Assembly: GCA_002269645.1 (NCBI GenBank)
Contig: NIVC01000040.1
Span: forward strand, 1,240,001-1,304,000
Direction: 5' to 3'
Source: Macrostomum lignano
Taxonomy: Eukaryota
Length of the DNA: 64,000 nucleotides
Each line of letters opens with the position of its first letter. The first letter of the stretch is position 1. A program made the translations under genes and the position numbers. Shown one piece after another: positions 23,211-35,460 of the stretch. Below the pieces are notes generated by a model. It saw only the letters and a program-made list of their open reading frames with translations, had not been told where the DNA came from and ran no database searches.

Positions 23211-24329
23211 AAACTCATCAACTACCCAAGCCGCCCGCCCAAATCTCTTGCCATTTCAGATCATAACGAGTTAAAAAAGCCAAAAAAATCCGCACTTACT
23301 TATTTGTACTGCACCCAATATAGCCCTGGAGCATATTTAAGAATCACCGTGCACATTTCTTGCCAGATATTACACTTTGTTTTACGCTCAAATTTGGGAT
23401 GGGGGGGTTCATTGCGTCGCACTTACAGAGCAAACAGCCTTTACTTGGGCTAGTCACTGCATGTATGTGTGACTCAGTGCACTTCTGCCTCCGTAATTCA
23501 TCATCATCCCATCATCCCCATCATTATGCATGATATTATATGAGCTACGTATACGAGCTATTAAAATGCAGATATGAGATACCTTTTGAACCCACATTCG
23601 CAGAACAGCTAGGCCTGATGAAAGATTTCATAGAAAAACAATATTCATTGCTACAAACTGTTGTCAATCCGTTGGTATCTAGAAATAATATGAAGTATCG
23701 TGAATGGGTGGCAACTGATGCAGTGTTTTTATTTTTGATTTCCACTTCTATTGAGTTCACATACGAGCCGTATTAATTTGTTTAAGTTGAATACAAAAGG
23801 TAGGCGGGGTTGCTTTCAATTCAAGCTTGAATGAGCAAAGACTTAATTTATGGTCACGGATCGTTACACTCAAGCCAACCCTAGAGCAACTTTTTTTTCA
23901 ATTGTGGCCTGTACGATACGACAACTGATACGATACGATTGGAAGTCATAAATAGTCTGAATAACTGACTGGCTTGCGTGGAGATAAAAATCTATCTATA
24001 TAAAACAGCTCACCTCAAATCAGCCATATCGTTATTTTTCGTTGCAATCTTTTTTCAGTTTTTACATTTTTAGCCAACTGCTATGGTTGGTAACCATGAT
24101 AACAATTTGGCTCGTAAATAAATAACTCAATATAGTGACTTTGCATGCAGCACTTAGCATGAAGCCTCAGATTTATTTATGTAAATATCATTTGTACTCT
24201 TTATGCACTGCGACAAATTTGCACAGATATGAGATGCATGTATTTTTCAGCAAGTACTGATACCCAAGAGACGCAAGGCTTCAATCAAAGTCTGACAATT
24301 CTGAAATCTCGTCAAATTAAGCCGAACCT

Positions 24330-24890
24330 CTAAATACATGTACAGACACAAGTCTGATACAAACAGAAGAGAGAAGAGATCAGATAGGAGAGATGAAAGA
24401 GGAGAAAGGAGAGATGAGAAAGCAGAGACGAGAAATGAGACAGTAGAGCTAGAACAGAGGAGAGAGGAGAGGGAAGAGATTATAGAGACGAGTGGAGAGA
24501 GAAGAAAAATATGTGAGAGCAGACATGAGAGACAATGGGAGAGAAGTGGAGTGAAGGAGAAAGGAGAATAAAGGGGGAGAATCGAGAGGACAGGAAGAGG
24601 GGAAGGGAGAGAAGAGAGATGAGAGGAAATAGAAGAATGGAGAAGGGAGAGAGTAGAAAGGAGAAGAGAGATGGGAGAGCAGGAGAGATGAGAGGGAGGA
24701 GAGAGTAGAGAGGGGAGGTGAAAGAGTAAAGGGGAGAAAGTTGAGAGAAGAGTTGGGAGAGTTGGGAAAAAGAGGAGAGATGTTAAAGGAGAGTACAGAT
24801 GAGAGATGAGAGAGAGGAGATAAGACAGGAAATAAATAATAGGAGAGAGGGTCGAGATGATAGAGGAGAGAGAATTGAGAATTTCGCACT
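24330..24890. repeat. Purine-rich (GA) low-complexity tract
   Basis: Almost exclusively A/G on the + strand. Confidence 0.85.
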
Positions 24891-25889
24891 GACCTACGAG
24901 GTGCGAACAAACACGAGAAATCAAACTGAAATGTGCTAATTTTAACAGTCCCAGACTTCCATTGTTCCTACAAAATTTTAAACAGCGGGGCAGGACCTCC
25001 TGCGGGGCAGACCCATAGAAATTTTTCCGGTTTCCAAGATAATATTGACTTATAGGGAATAAACACATACCGTACGAGCTCAAATTTGAGCTCAAAGTTC
25101 GAGCTCAAATCCTAGATATTTAAACATCGCCACATGAGAACGGAGTCACAACATAGTTTGAATATGATGGAAAGCGCACGTAAATAAGCGAAAAGCGGTA
25201 TCCAACGGGGCAACACGAGCAATCTTTCAATACGCTAATTGGGAGGGGATTAAGCAATCACGGGCTGACTACCATTCTGTCACTCAGCGGGGGTCGAACG
25301 GGAGACTAACTCCTAATAAATAAATTTTCTCAGTCCTATAATCTTTAATGACATGACACGGCCTTCACACATGGGGCTCCAAGGCCTCCATGCTCCTTCC
25401 AGTGATTTTTTAGAATAGTCTTTGGCTCTTAGCAAAGACAGCGCACTGCCCCCATCCACCAGAAGGTGGGTGGGCACATTCTTGATTGGATACTCTACAA
25501 CAATATCTCTCCCAGCTGGTACAAGTCGGGCACTTTTTCAAACATAGGCTTCTTTCCTATGTTTGCTATGTATCTTTTCTATCTTTCCTTCTTTCCTAAG
25601 GGGAGAGAGTGGAGACCAGAGATAAATGAGAAGAGAGAGCAAAGATGAAAGAGAAGAAAGGTGAGGGAAGATCAACGAGAGAAGATGGGAGAGAGGAGAT
25701 AGGAAAGAAGAGAAGAAAGAGAGAGAAGAGAGAGAGAGGAAACAAAAGAGAAGATAGAGTTTCAAAGGATCCGAGGGACATAGAGAGAGACAGGAGGCCA
25801 GAGATTTTGCCGATACATGTTTTCGAAAGACAAGTTTTTGTTTGAGTATGACTTCAGATTTTAGAACTAGATATAAGCTGAGCTGAGAG

Positions 25890-27170
25890 AGAAGATGAAA
25901 GTAGAGGCTGAGAGTAGAGAGAGGCTGAGAGCAGAGAGGGGCTGAGAGCAGAGAGGGGCTGAGAGCAGAGAGGGGCTGAGAGTAGAGAGGGGCTGGGGAT
26001 AGAGGTTGAGAGTGGATAGAGGCTGAGAGTAGAGGTTCAGAGTAGAGAGGCTAGTTCACGTTGTTCTCAATCCCATTCCACTATACATGTAGTTTTTATC
26101 TAATGTGACTAAGCCAGGTGCTTTTAGTGCAGGGGTTGGCAAACTTTTTACCTCGATTGAGAACCCAGCTCATGACTGCCCTTCTAGTCCACTTCGTTGG
26201 CCCCCAAAGCGAAGCGAGGAGTCCTGATGACAGAGCGGGCCAGAGGTGAGGAGAGAGGGTAAGGAATAGAGAAGAGAAATACAAGCATAGGATAAAGGAG
26301 AGGCGAAGGAATAAAGGAGAAGAGAGTTGATGAGAGGAGAGATTATATACGAGCGGAGAGAGAGGAGAAGGGAGATTAATGGAGAGGAGAAAGGAGGGAA
26401 GGGAGAAGAGAATGAAGAGGAAAAGGGAGATGATAGCAAAGAGGTGAGAAGAGAGGAGAGGATAGACATGAGGAGAAAGGAGAGGAGAGAGGTGAGGGCA
26501 GAGATGAGAGAGGAGAGGGCAGAGATGAGAGAGAAAAGATGAGAGAAGAGGGCAGACATGAGAGAGAGAATAGATGAGAGAGAGGGCAAGAGATGAGAGG
26601 AGAGGGCAGAGATGAGAGAGAGAAAGATGATACAGGAGAGGGCAGAGATGAGAGAGAAAAGAGAGAAGAGGGCAGACATGAGAGAGAATAGATAAGAGAG
26701 GAGAGGGCAAGAGATGAGAGAGGAGAGGGCAGAGATGAGAGAGAGAAAAGATGAGAGGAGAGGGCAGACATGAGAGAGAAAAGATGAGAGAAGAGGGCAG
26801 ACATGAGAGAGAATAGATAAGAGAGGAGAGGGCAAGAGATGAGAGAGGAGAGGGCAGAGATGAGAGAGAGAAAAGATGAGAGAAGAGGGCAGACATGAGA
26901 GAGAAAAGATGAGAGAAGAGGGCAGACATGAGAGAGAGAATAGATGAGAGAGAGGGCAAGAGATGAGAGGAGAGGGCAGAGATGAGAGAGAGAAAGATGA
27001 TACAGGAGAGGGCAGAGATGAGAGAGAAAAGAGAGAAGAGGGCAGACATGAGAGAGAATAGATAAGAGAGGAGAGGGCAAGAGATGAGAGAGGAGAGGGC
27101 AGAGATGAGAGAGAGAGAAAAGATAAGAGACGAGAGTGCAGAGATGAGAGAAAAGATGAGAGACAAGAGG
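25890..27170. repeat. Compound GA-rich minisatellites
   Basis: GAGAGGGGCTGAGAGCA-type units (25890-26050) and higher-order GAGAGGGCAGAGATGAGA units (26230-27170). Confidence 0.85.
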
Positions 27171-28005
27171 GCACTCCAATTTTTGCTTACTTCTATCATA
27201 ACTAATACCTTTACCCTTTACCTTTAACTTTTAACATATACAAAAAACACGTCAGTTTTAGTATATTGAGATAGGTTTGAAACTATTATCCATGATACAA
27301 AAATCAAATGTCTTGTGCTAGTAGTGCTACTAGCTTTAGTAGGTAGTAATACCTGCTGTAAAGGGAAGTGTTTTTTGTTTTACTTAGTCTAATTTCACTA
27401 ACGAAATCTGTTTTCTCCGAGACTTGAAGCTACGTCATACCCCACCCCAATCACAGCCAATAGGAAATGAGGAAATATATAGACCTATTCCTATCCAAGC
27501 AGCCATTCAGAGCTGTGGCCATCTTGGTGTGTGGCCATCTTGGTCATGCGCCATTTTACCTTATACCAAACACTTTCTTATCAAATACTAAATAGGCCTA
27601 GTGTATTAGAAAATATAGCATAGGCCGGCCCACCTAAGTAGGGGCCTATGGCTATGATAGGCTTAACTTTGGTTTCCCACTTAAAATTATTTTTTGGATT
27701 TTTTAAACTTTAATTTAATTGTTTATAATAAAAGTTTAAAAAAGTTAAAACCAACAAGTAAAAAGTCAACAAGTCACATAAAGCTATACTCTAAATATAT
27801 ATTATACAGTATGCAAGAAAAAGTGATCCCTTGACATTGTAATTTCCAAGTTTGTACTAAAAAACAAATATATATATGCTGTATTTTATCAGAAAAGAAT
27901 TGCAACAATAAAGGACCTTTTTGCATTGCAACAATAAAAGACCCTTTCTTGCAATATGATATTTTGTTCTTTTGTATGCCAACAGCTACACTATATACCT
28001 ATATA

Positions 28006-29071
28006 GGTGCACAACAATTGACTGCCACAATTTGACTGCGGTCAATTTGACTGCAGACAATTTGACTGCCAAGCAATTTGTCTGCCGACAAAATGACTGT
28101 GAACAAAATGACTGTGGACAAAATGACTGCCAACAATTTGACTACCAACAAAATGACTGCCGACAATTTGACTGCCGACAAAATGACTGCCAACAAAATG
28201 ACTGGGGAAATTTGACTGCCAACAATATAACTGCGGCAATTTGACTGCCAACAATATGACTGCAGCAATTTGACTGCCGACAATATGACTGCGGCAATTT
28301 GACAGCCAGCAAAATGGCCGCGGCAATTTGACTGCCAAGCAATTTGACTGCCAGCAAAATGGCTGTTGGAAAAATGATGCTCCTAAAGTTTAGCACTCTG
28401 TCAACCCTTTTAAGTCTGCATGTAGTGAAATATTGTATTTATGAGCTAGAATGATGCAGAACTAAACACATAACTTTTATACAACAAGCTGTAACAGCTG
28501 TTGAAACAAATTCAAGTTTTTCAAATTCATTCGTCAATATAAAGCTGTGCACAACTAGGCTAGGCTTTTGGTGTTTGGGGTTGCCAACTTTGGGGTTTGG
28601 AGTCAAATAATAAAAGGAGAGGGTGATCAGTGGAGCCCACAAGTTTAGATGGCGAGCAAACTCATAAAACTCCATTGAGAGAGAGAGAGAGGCAAACATT
28701 GAGGAACTGGGAGAGAGAGGAGGAGGGATGGCCTCTTGTTTTCTATATTGTTGGCAGTCAATTGCCGCAGTCATTTTGCTGGCAGTCAAATTGCCACAGT
28801 CATATTGTCCGCAGTCAAATTTCCGCAGTCATATTGTCGGCAGTCAATTTTGTTGGCAGTCATTTTGTTGGCAGTCATTTTGTCGGCAGTCAAATTGTTG
28901 GCAGTCATTTTGTTGGCAGTCATTTTGTCGGCAGTCATTTTGTTGGCAGTCATTTTGTTGGCAGTCAAATTGTCGGCAGTCATTTTGTTGGCAGTCAAAT
29001 TGTCCGCAGTCAAATTGACCGCAGTCAAATTGTGGCAGTCAAATTGTGGCAGTCAATTGTCGTAGATTGCC
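28006..29071. mobile_element. Foldback-type MITE with inverted 10/20-bp subterminal arrays, TA/TATATA target
   Basis: TTGACTGCC-based array (28015-28370) mirrored by a GGCAGTCAA array (28745-29060). GG...CC termini; TATATA on both sides (28000-28005 and 29072-29077). Confidence 0.75.
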
Positions 29072-29399
29072 TATATATCAGCTCTATGATACAATTAGCA
29101 AGGGTCTATCCAAAGGTTTTAGGATGGGAGGGCCTAGTTGGGGCCTAATAAAAACTGAAATGAAAGGGCAATACCAACATCTCAAATTGAGTTTTTTAAT
29201 TATTGTAAAAGCAATTTTTTATTAAAAAAGTAAAAATGACATCCAAAAATACCTTGCAACTTAGATTAGAATGAATAGAATAACTAAGTTGATTTAACTA
29301 ATATTCTAAATGTTTTTGCCCAAGAAAATACTTTTAGGATTTCCATTGGTTCATACATATTTTATGATATTTTTACTGAAAGAAAAGAAGTAAGAAAAA

Positions 29400-30290
29400 A
29401 GGGGGGAAAATATGAGAGTATGGAGAGAAATGGGAGGAGAGAGTAGAGGTAAGAGAGAGATAAGATGAGAAAGGAGTGAGATAGGAGAAAGTAGAGAGGA
29501 AATTGCAGAGATAAACAATGAAAAAGGAGAGAATAGGAGAATGTAGAGAAGAGATAGAAAAAAGTAGAGATAAGAGAGTAGAGAGATGAGAGTAGATAAA
29601 GGAGAGATTATAGGATAGAGATGAGCAAGTAGAGAGAAAAGAGGAAAAAATGAAAGAGGAAAAAGGAGAGATAAGAGAGTAGAGATAAGAGATGTGAGAG
29701 TAAAGCTAGAAAAGAGAGAGAGAAGAGAGAAGAGATTATAGAAGAAAGGAGGGAGGAAAGAGAAGAATGGAGAAAGGAAAGAGTAGAAAGCAGAAAAAAG
29801 ATAGGAGAGATGAAAGATGAGAGGTGAGAGATAAAAGAGGGAGGAGAGAGTAAAGAGGAAAGATGAGAAAGTAGAAGAAAGAAAGTAGAAAGAAGAGTTG
29901 AGAGAAGAGAAGAGGAATGTTAAAAAGGAGAGTACAGATTAGAGATAAGAGAGAGAAGAGATAAGATAAAACAGGAAATAGATAGGAGAGAAGATTGAGA
30001 CAAGAGAGGAGAGAGAATAGAGATGCTAAAAGAGATGAGAAATGAGAGCAAAGAAGTAGAAAGAAGAGAGGAGAGAGAGAAGAGGAGGGAAGTTTTGAGA
30101 GAGGGGAGAGTGAGGAGTGAAAAGAGGGGAGAGAGGAGAGAGCAGAGAAATGAAAATAGATAAAAAATCAGAGAATCAATAGGAGAGATGAAAAAGGAAA
30201 GATGTAGATAAGAATTGAGGACTGAGGTGAAAGAAGATTGATAAGAGAAGAGGGGAGAGAGGAGATAGGAAAGAAGAGAAGATAGAAGTT
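29400..30290. repeat. Purine-rich low-complexity tract, paralogous to 24330-25870
   Basis: A/G-rich. Shares anchors such as ATGTTAAA..GGAGAGTACAGAT and GAAGATAGA.GTTTCAAAGGATC with the 24.7-25.9 kb region. Confidence 0.7.
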
Positions 30291-31170
30291 TCAAAGGATC
30301 TGATGGACATAGAGAGAGGCAGAGACAAAGGCCAGAGTTTGCCAATGTTTTTGAAAGACATTTCCTGACATTCTGCATAGCATCCCAGCCAACAAGACCA
30401 ATGTTTTTTTCAAATCTTAATTTTACACAAATTTACTCCATTTTATGTTCACCTCCATCTTAACTATTAACAAGTTTCTGTTTGAGTGTGACTTCAAATT
30501 TTAAAATACATGCAAAAATAGTTCCAAGGATTGGAATTCCACAGGTTCAAAATCCGTGGGTTTCAACTGTTTGTGCTTGTATAAGAACTATTGTTTCTAA
30601 ATTTAAAATTGTAAAGAGAAAAGGGGTTGTTCAAAATATTTTTTTGGAAAATCCAAAGTAAAAAACTGAAAGTAGGGGGAGGGCACAAGGGGGCCTATGG
30701 CCTAATGGGGGTCTCGGACCCCCCCCCCCCCCCCCCCCCCTGGACATGCCACTGGCAATTAGTGATGAATCAAAATTTGATTTCAATTTTTGCAATTCTG
30801 GCAATTCTTGTCAAGTAAGTTGTGGTATTTACACAATATATGTTAAGATCATGTACTTAGATATAAGTTTAGAACTTTCAAAATCAGTTTTAATAGTAGT
30901 TAGTTACTATTAACTTGTACTATTTGTTAGAATGCTAGAAATTTGATTTAAAGAATAGTTAAAAATAATTTAATAAAATGTTTTTATGTTGCATTTAAAA
31001 TTGTACTAATTTTAATTCTACTAATATCTTATTATTATTTGCAAAACCATATTTTTCAGAGACGAAATTACATTATTCAGCTAAGGTGCCTAGCTGACCC
31101 ACAGCTGCAAGGCATAGTAAAGTTATTGAACTGTTATTTTAATTAACTGTAAGCAAACACATAGGAAGCC

Positions 31171-34100
31171 ATGAGTGAGAACAGTGAAAATGAAGAGGAC
31201 CAATTCTTTGATTGTCCTGAGGATCCTGAAGCCATCCAGTTTGCCAGTCTTGACAGAATCTATGCTATCTGTCTGCCAGCCACTCCATCTGCTGGTGCTG
31301 CATCGAATGCTGTTGCCACACCGTGTGTTGCAGCTTCTGGCTCTGAAGCTTGGCGCGAACGTCTGCTGCTATTTCCAAGCAGTGGAGAGGCTCTGGCCAA
31401 GCTTAAAGAGCATAGGAATGCCCGCTATAAGGTGAGTTATTTTTATATGGAAGTTTCGGGTGTACTTTTAAAGAGTTATATATTGTAGTCTGGCAGTGGC
31501 TCACTGAATGGCTGAGGGGAGGGTGGCAGTGGCTCACTGAATGGCTGAGGGGAGGGTGGCAGTGGCTCACTGAATGGCTGAGGTGAGGGTGGCAGTGGCT
31601 CACTGAATGGCTGAGGTGACGGTGGCAGTGGCTCACTGAATGGCTGAGGGGAGGGTGGCAGTGGCTCACTGAATGGCTGAGGGGAGAGGGTGGCAGTGGC
31701 TCACTGAATGGCTGAGGGGAGGGTGGTAGTGGCTCACTGAATGGCTGAGGGGAGGGTGGCAGTGGCTCACTGAATAGCTGGGGGGAGGGTGGTAGTGGCT
31801 CACTGAATGGCTGAGGGGAGGGTGGTAGTGGCTCACTGAATGGCTGAGGGGAGGTTGGTAGTGGCTCACTGAATGGCTGAGGGGAGGGTGGTAGTGGCTC
31901 ACTGAATGGCTGAGGGGAGGGTGGTAGTGGCTCACTGAATGGTTGAGGTGACCGTGGTAGTGGCTCACTGAATGGCTGAGGGGAGGGTGGTAGTGGCTCA
32001 CTGAATGGCTGAGGGGAGGGTGGCAGTGGCTCACTAAATGGCTGAGGGGAGGGTGGTAGTGGCTCACTGAATGGCTGAGGGGAGGGTGGTAGTGGCTCAC
32101 TGAATGGCTGAGGGGAGAGGGTGGTAGTGGCTCACTGAATGGCTGAAACAAGGGTATCAGATCGATAAGCAGCAAATAACTATCCTGAAAGCGGCAACAC
32201 GACAAATTTATCCAGGTGTTCAATTCTTATCCGGAGGCCAAGCAGTTCGCCAGCAGTACAGTTGAACAGCTGACACCGAAGCGACCAGCGAAGGCTGGCG
32301 GTGCCCAGCAACCGGGAGGTTCAACTGACCGTTTGGCCACGGCTGTCCAAGATACGGACAGCTTCAAAAGTGTCACCCAAGTGCAGCTCAATCAGTTGAA
32401 GGCCGCAATCATCTCTGGCGATTTGAGTACAGTCTCAGCTCTGGTCTGGAATAATCCTAAGCATTTGGTGACAGATTGCGATGCGCCTACTCTGCTAATG
32501 CCTCGGTTTAGGTACAACTGCTTGCACCAGGTGAGCACCCGGTTTTATTGCTTTTTTCACTCATCATCATAATTGTAGCTAATATTCTGTTGAGCTACTT
32601 ACTAAACAGTAGTATGTGCACATTTACATGTGTTTTTCGGCTTTTTACTGCTGGTTATTACACCAGCGTAAATTTCGATAAGCTACTTATAACTCAGTAG
32701 TATTGACCGTATTTTTAGTTAGTTTCTCTGTCGCTGTCCTTGGTAATGATGCTAATAAGCTATTAACAACATATATTTTTTGGTTAGTTTTTGTGCCACT
32801 GTCCTTATAAAAAGATACTAATAAGCTACTTAAAAATCAGTAGTATGACCATAATTATGGTTACTTTTTGTGCCGCTGTCCTAAAACGCTAATAAGCTAC
32901 TTGCAAGTCAGTAGTATGACCGCAACTGTCACGTGATTTTTACATTTCATATGCGCAACCAATCAAATTCTACGATGATTTCACAGGCCGCATTGCGCAA
33001 TCAATCTGCCGTCATCAAGCTTCTGCTGGCCATCTTATCCGGTGACGAGTTCTGGCGTCGACTTAACGCAGACACTGGCGCAGAATTGCGACGCTGTAGA
33101 CGCAATCGGTTATTAGATCTCTATTTAAACGGCCGAGAGATGGCGCTTGGCGAAACTCCGCTACACATTGCGGCTAAATTTTGTTACACCGAATGCATTC
33201 GCTTATTGGTTGCTAGGCGAGAATGCGATATTAATATTCTTAACAATGCCGGTCAGACTGCCCTAGAGATTGTTGGCTCGCGCTGCGACTCCGCGTCAGC
33301 TGGCCAGCTGGCCGAGACGCGTCTGGCTCTGTCCGGCCAATTTGTACCTCTGGTGGCCGAAGTATCAACCGGTGTTGTCCGGGTCGGCCAGCCAGTGCCA
33401 GCTTGGGCCCTGCAGGAGATGCTGGACCAGCCTCACAGGCTGCTGGTCCGCGCCTACGCTGGCCCGGCCGAGCCGGACACGGCGCGCAGCCTCTACGAAC
33501 GCTGGCGAGCGCCGTCGCGTGTACTGTTATTCTGTCGCCGAACAGCTGCGGCTACCACCGCCGACAAAGACAACTGGCCTACTACTGGCAATAAAGACTT
33601 TGAGGACAGCGACGATTATGAGTCTTCTCGACCGCCTCGCCTGCCGCCGGCATCTCCTGTCCCGGGTCGGCCGGCCGGTTTCGAATTCCAATCGCCTACT
33701 AACATGCTTCGGACGCCGCCAATGGTAGGCAAGGTGGACGCCAACGACGACAACGTTGACGACGCAGCCGCTGCAGCCGTAGCCGAGGTGACGGCCGCAC
33801 CGCTGTTAGACTACGACAAAGGCTACGAGATCACCGGCAGGGCTCTCTGCCGGGCATTGGGCGGCATTGCTTGGCACGAGCGTTGGGATTTTTTTGACGG
33901 CGATTTCGCCGATTTAGCTACGGACGAGGGGCTCAGCCGGTTGAATCGGCTGCTAACTGACGCCTACGAACGAATGGAAAAAGAATTGGGCGTCTCAGCG
34001 TCTGCCAATACTAGCGGCGAAGATGCTGTCGGAGCCGCCGCTGTCGCTGCCGCCGCCGCCGCCGCTTCAGATCCCTGGACTGATTATCGCGACTTTGGAG

Positions 34101-34942
34101 GCGGCAGTCCAATCGAGGACGACGACGCCGACGAAACAAAGGAACTAACGGATTTATCCCGCGATAGTTGTCACGGCAGCGACAATGGCCAGCAGGCATC
34201 CGCTGACCTGTCAGATTCATTCCTGGAGCGGGTGTCTCGCTGGGGCCTGTCCGATTCTAAGAAAGCCGCCGCTGCCGCCCAGCTACCGGCGTCGTTGACG
34301 AAAGCATCGACCAGCGGGAAATCTGGCGCCGATCCGCGATTTCGCTCTCCGCCACCGCCGCCGCCGCCGACTTCGCGCTTGTCGAAGCAGCCGCAGGCGC
34401 CGCGAATGAGCACCCCTAGGCAGCAGCAACAGCGTCGTGCAGCGCCAACTTCCAGTCCGTTTGAATTCGTGGTTAATAATGGCGCCAACGCCAGGCCTGG
34501 GGGCCTGAGTTTCTCTTCACCTAGTAGCCGAACTAATAATGCTACTCATAGTAAGCGGCCAGTGACTCCGGTCGACCTGCAGGTACTCAAAGCGATCTCT
34601 CCGGCTTCGTCTGCTTCTAAAATTGATCAAAAGCGCTATCCAAGTTTGGCGCGTTGGCGCCGATCGATTGGCGCCAATACAGCTGCTAGCGTCTCTAGCG
34701 AGGACGTATCTAAACTGTTATTACAGCTTCCCGCTTCGCCGTCGCCTTCGCCTTCTTTAGCGGCCGCGTCTCCGTTGGCGTCGCCGTTGCCAACGTCGCC
34801 GTCGTTGCGTCGGCTGGCCGCGGCGGCAGCGGCCGGTGGCACCCCGCGGCGCCGGCTAGCGGCGAGGAGCGGCGCTACGGGTCAGACGCCTGACGCTCTT
34901 AATAAATCATTCGATCACGATTCTGTTGCGTTGGGCCAATAA
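31171..34942 (+). CDS. ANKLE2: Ankyrin repeat and LEM domain-containing protein 2 (ANKLE2/LEM4) orthologue; exons 31171-31431, 32216-32530, 32987-34942 (about 843 aa)
   Basis: Both introns are GT-AG and phase 0. Motifs match recalled human ANKLE2: [17 protein letters not shown] (caulimovirus-viroplasmin-like domain), [40 protein letters not shown] (ankyrin), [25 protein letters not shown]...EGL.RL, and [16 protein letters not shown]. Confidence 0.9.
31490..32146. repeat. 33-bp minisatellite in ANKLE2 intron 1, about 20 copies
   Basis: Unit TGGCAGTGGCTCACTGAATGGCTGAGGGGAGGG. Confidence 0.95.
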
Positions 34943-35029
34943 AGCTGGGATGCGTTTTGTTTAAATTTTTAACAAGCTGTGTCTGTTTCGATTTTCAATC
35001 AATTAACATCCATGCGGAGCCGCCCTTTC

Positions 35030-35460
35030 TGCCCTCTGATTTGCGCCAGTATCCGCCCTTTGATCCGCCCCATATATTATCCGCCCCCTATCCGCCCCTA
35101 CGAAGCGCCCTTTATCCACCCTTAGGAACCACCCCCTATCCGTCCTACAAATCGCACTTATCCGCCGTTAAGAACCGCCCCCTATCCGCCCTGTGCACCG
35201 CCTACCAACCGCCTCTATCCACTCCTAAAAACAACCCCCTATTCGCCCTACCAACCGCCTCTATCCACTCCTAAAAACAACCCCCTATTCGCCCTACGAA
35301 ATGCTCCGCGCCTACGAAGCGCCGTCTATCCGCCCCTGCCGACCACCCCTTATCTGCCCTACGAACCGCCCCTATTCGCCCCTTATCCGCCCTACGAGCC
35401 GCCCCCATCCGCCTCTACGAGTTACCCCCTAACCGCCCCTACGAACCGCCCTTTATCCTA
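35030..35460. repeat. Degenerate CCGCCCCTAT/CCTACGAA tandem repeat
   Basis: Repeated short C-rich motifs directly 3' of the ANKLE2 stop. Confidence 0.7.

Larger units (their letters stand above)
22095..27552 (+). mobile_element. Non-autonomous Mutator-like (MULE) element with 8-bp TSD ATTTTACC
   Basis: TIRs of about 40 bp (GGTGTAAGACCAAGATGGCCACACACCAAGATGGCCACAGCT versus the reverse complement of the right end). ATTTTACC at 22087-22094 and 27553-27560. Carries a PHD plus MULE-like C-terminal ORF. Confidence 0.75.

Noticed and set aside
23610-23650. CTGATGA...GAAA hammerhead candidate
   Set aside because: No helix II or helix I pairing.
26128-26230. Complete hAT element starting CAGGGGTTGGCAAAC
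   Set aside because: Only one terminus was found, with no matching TIR or TSD.
24247-30378. Long Leu/Ser-rich ORFs (up to 367 aa)
   Set aside because: They arise from stop-poor pyrimidine strands of GA-rich repeats.
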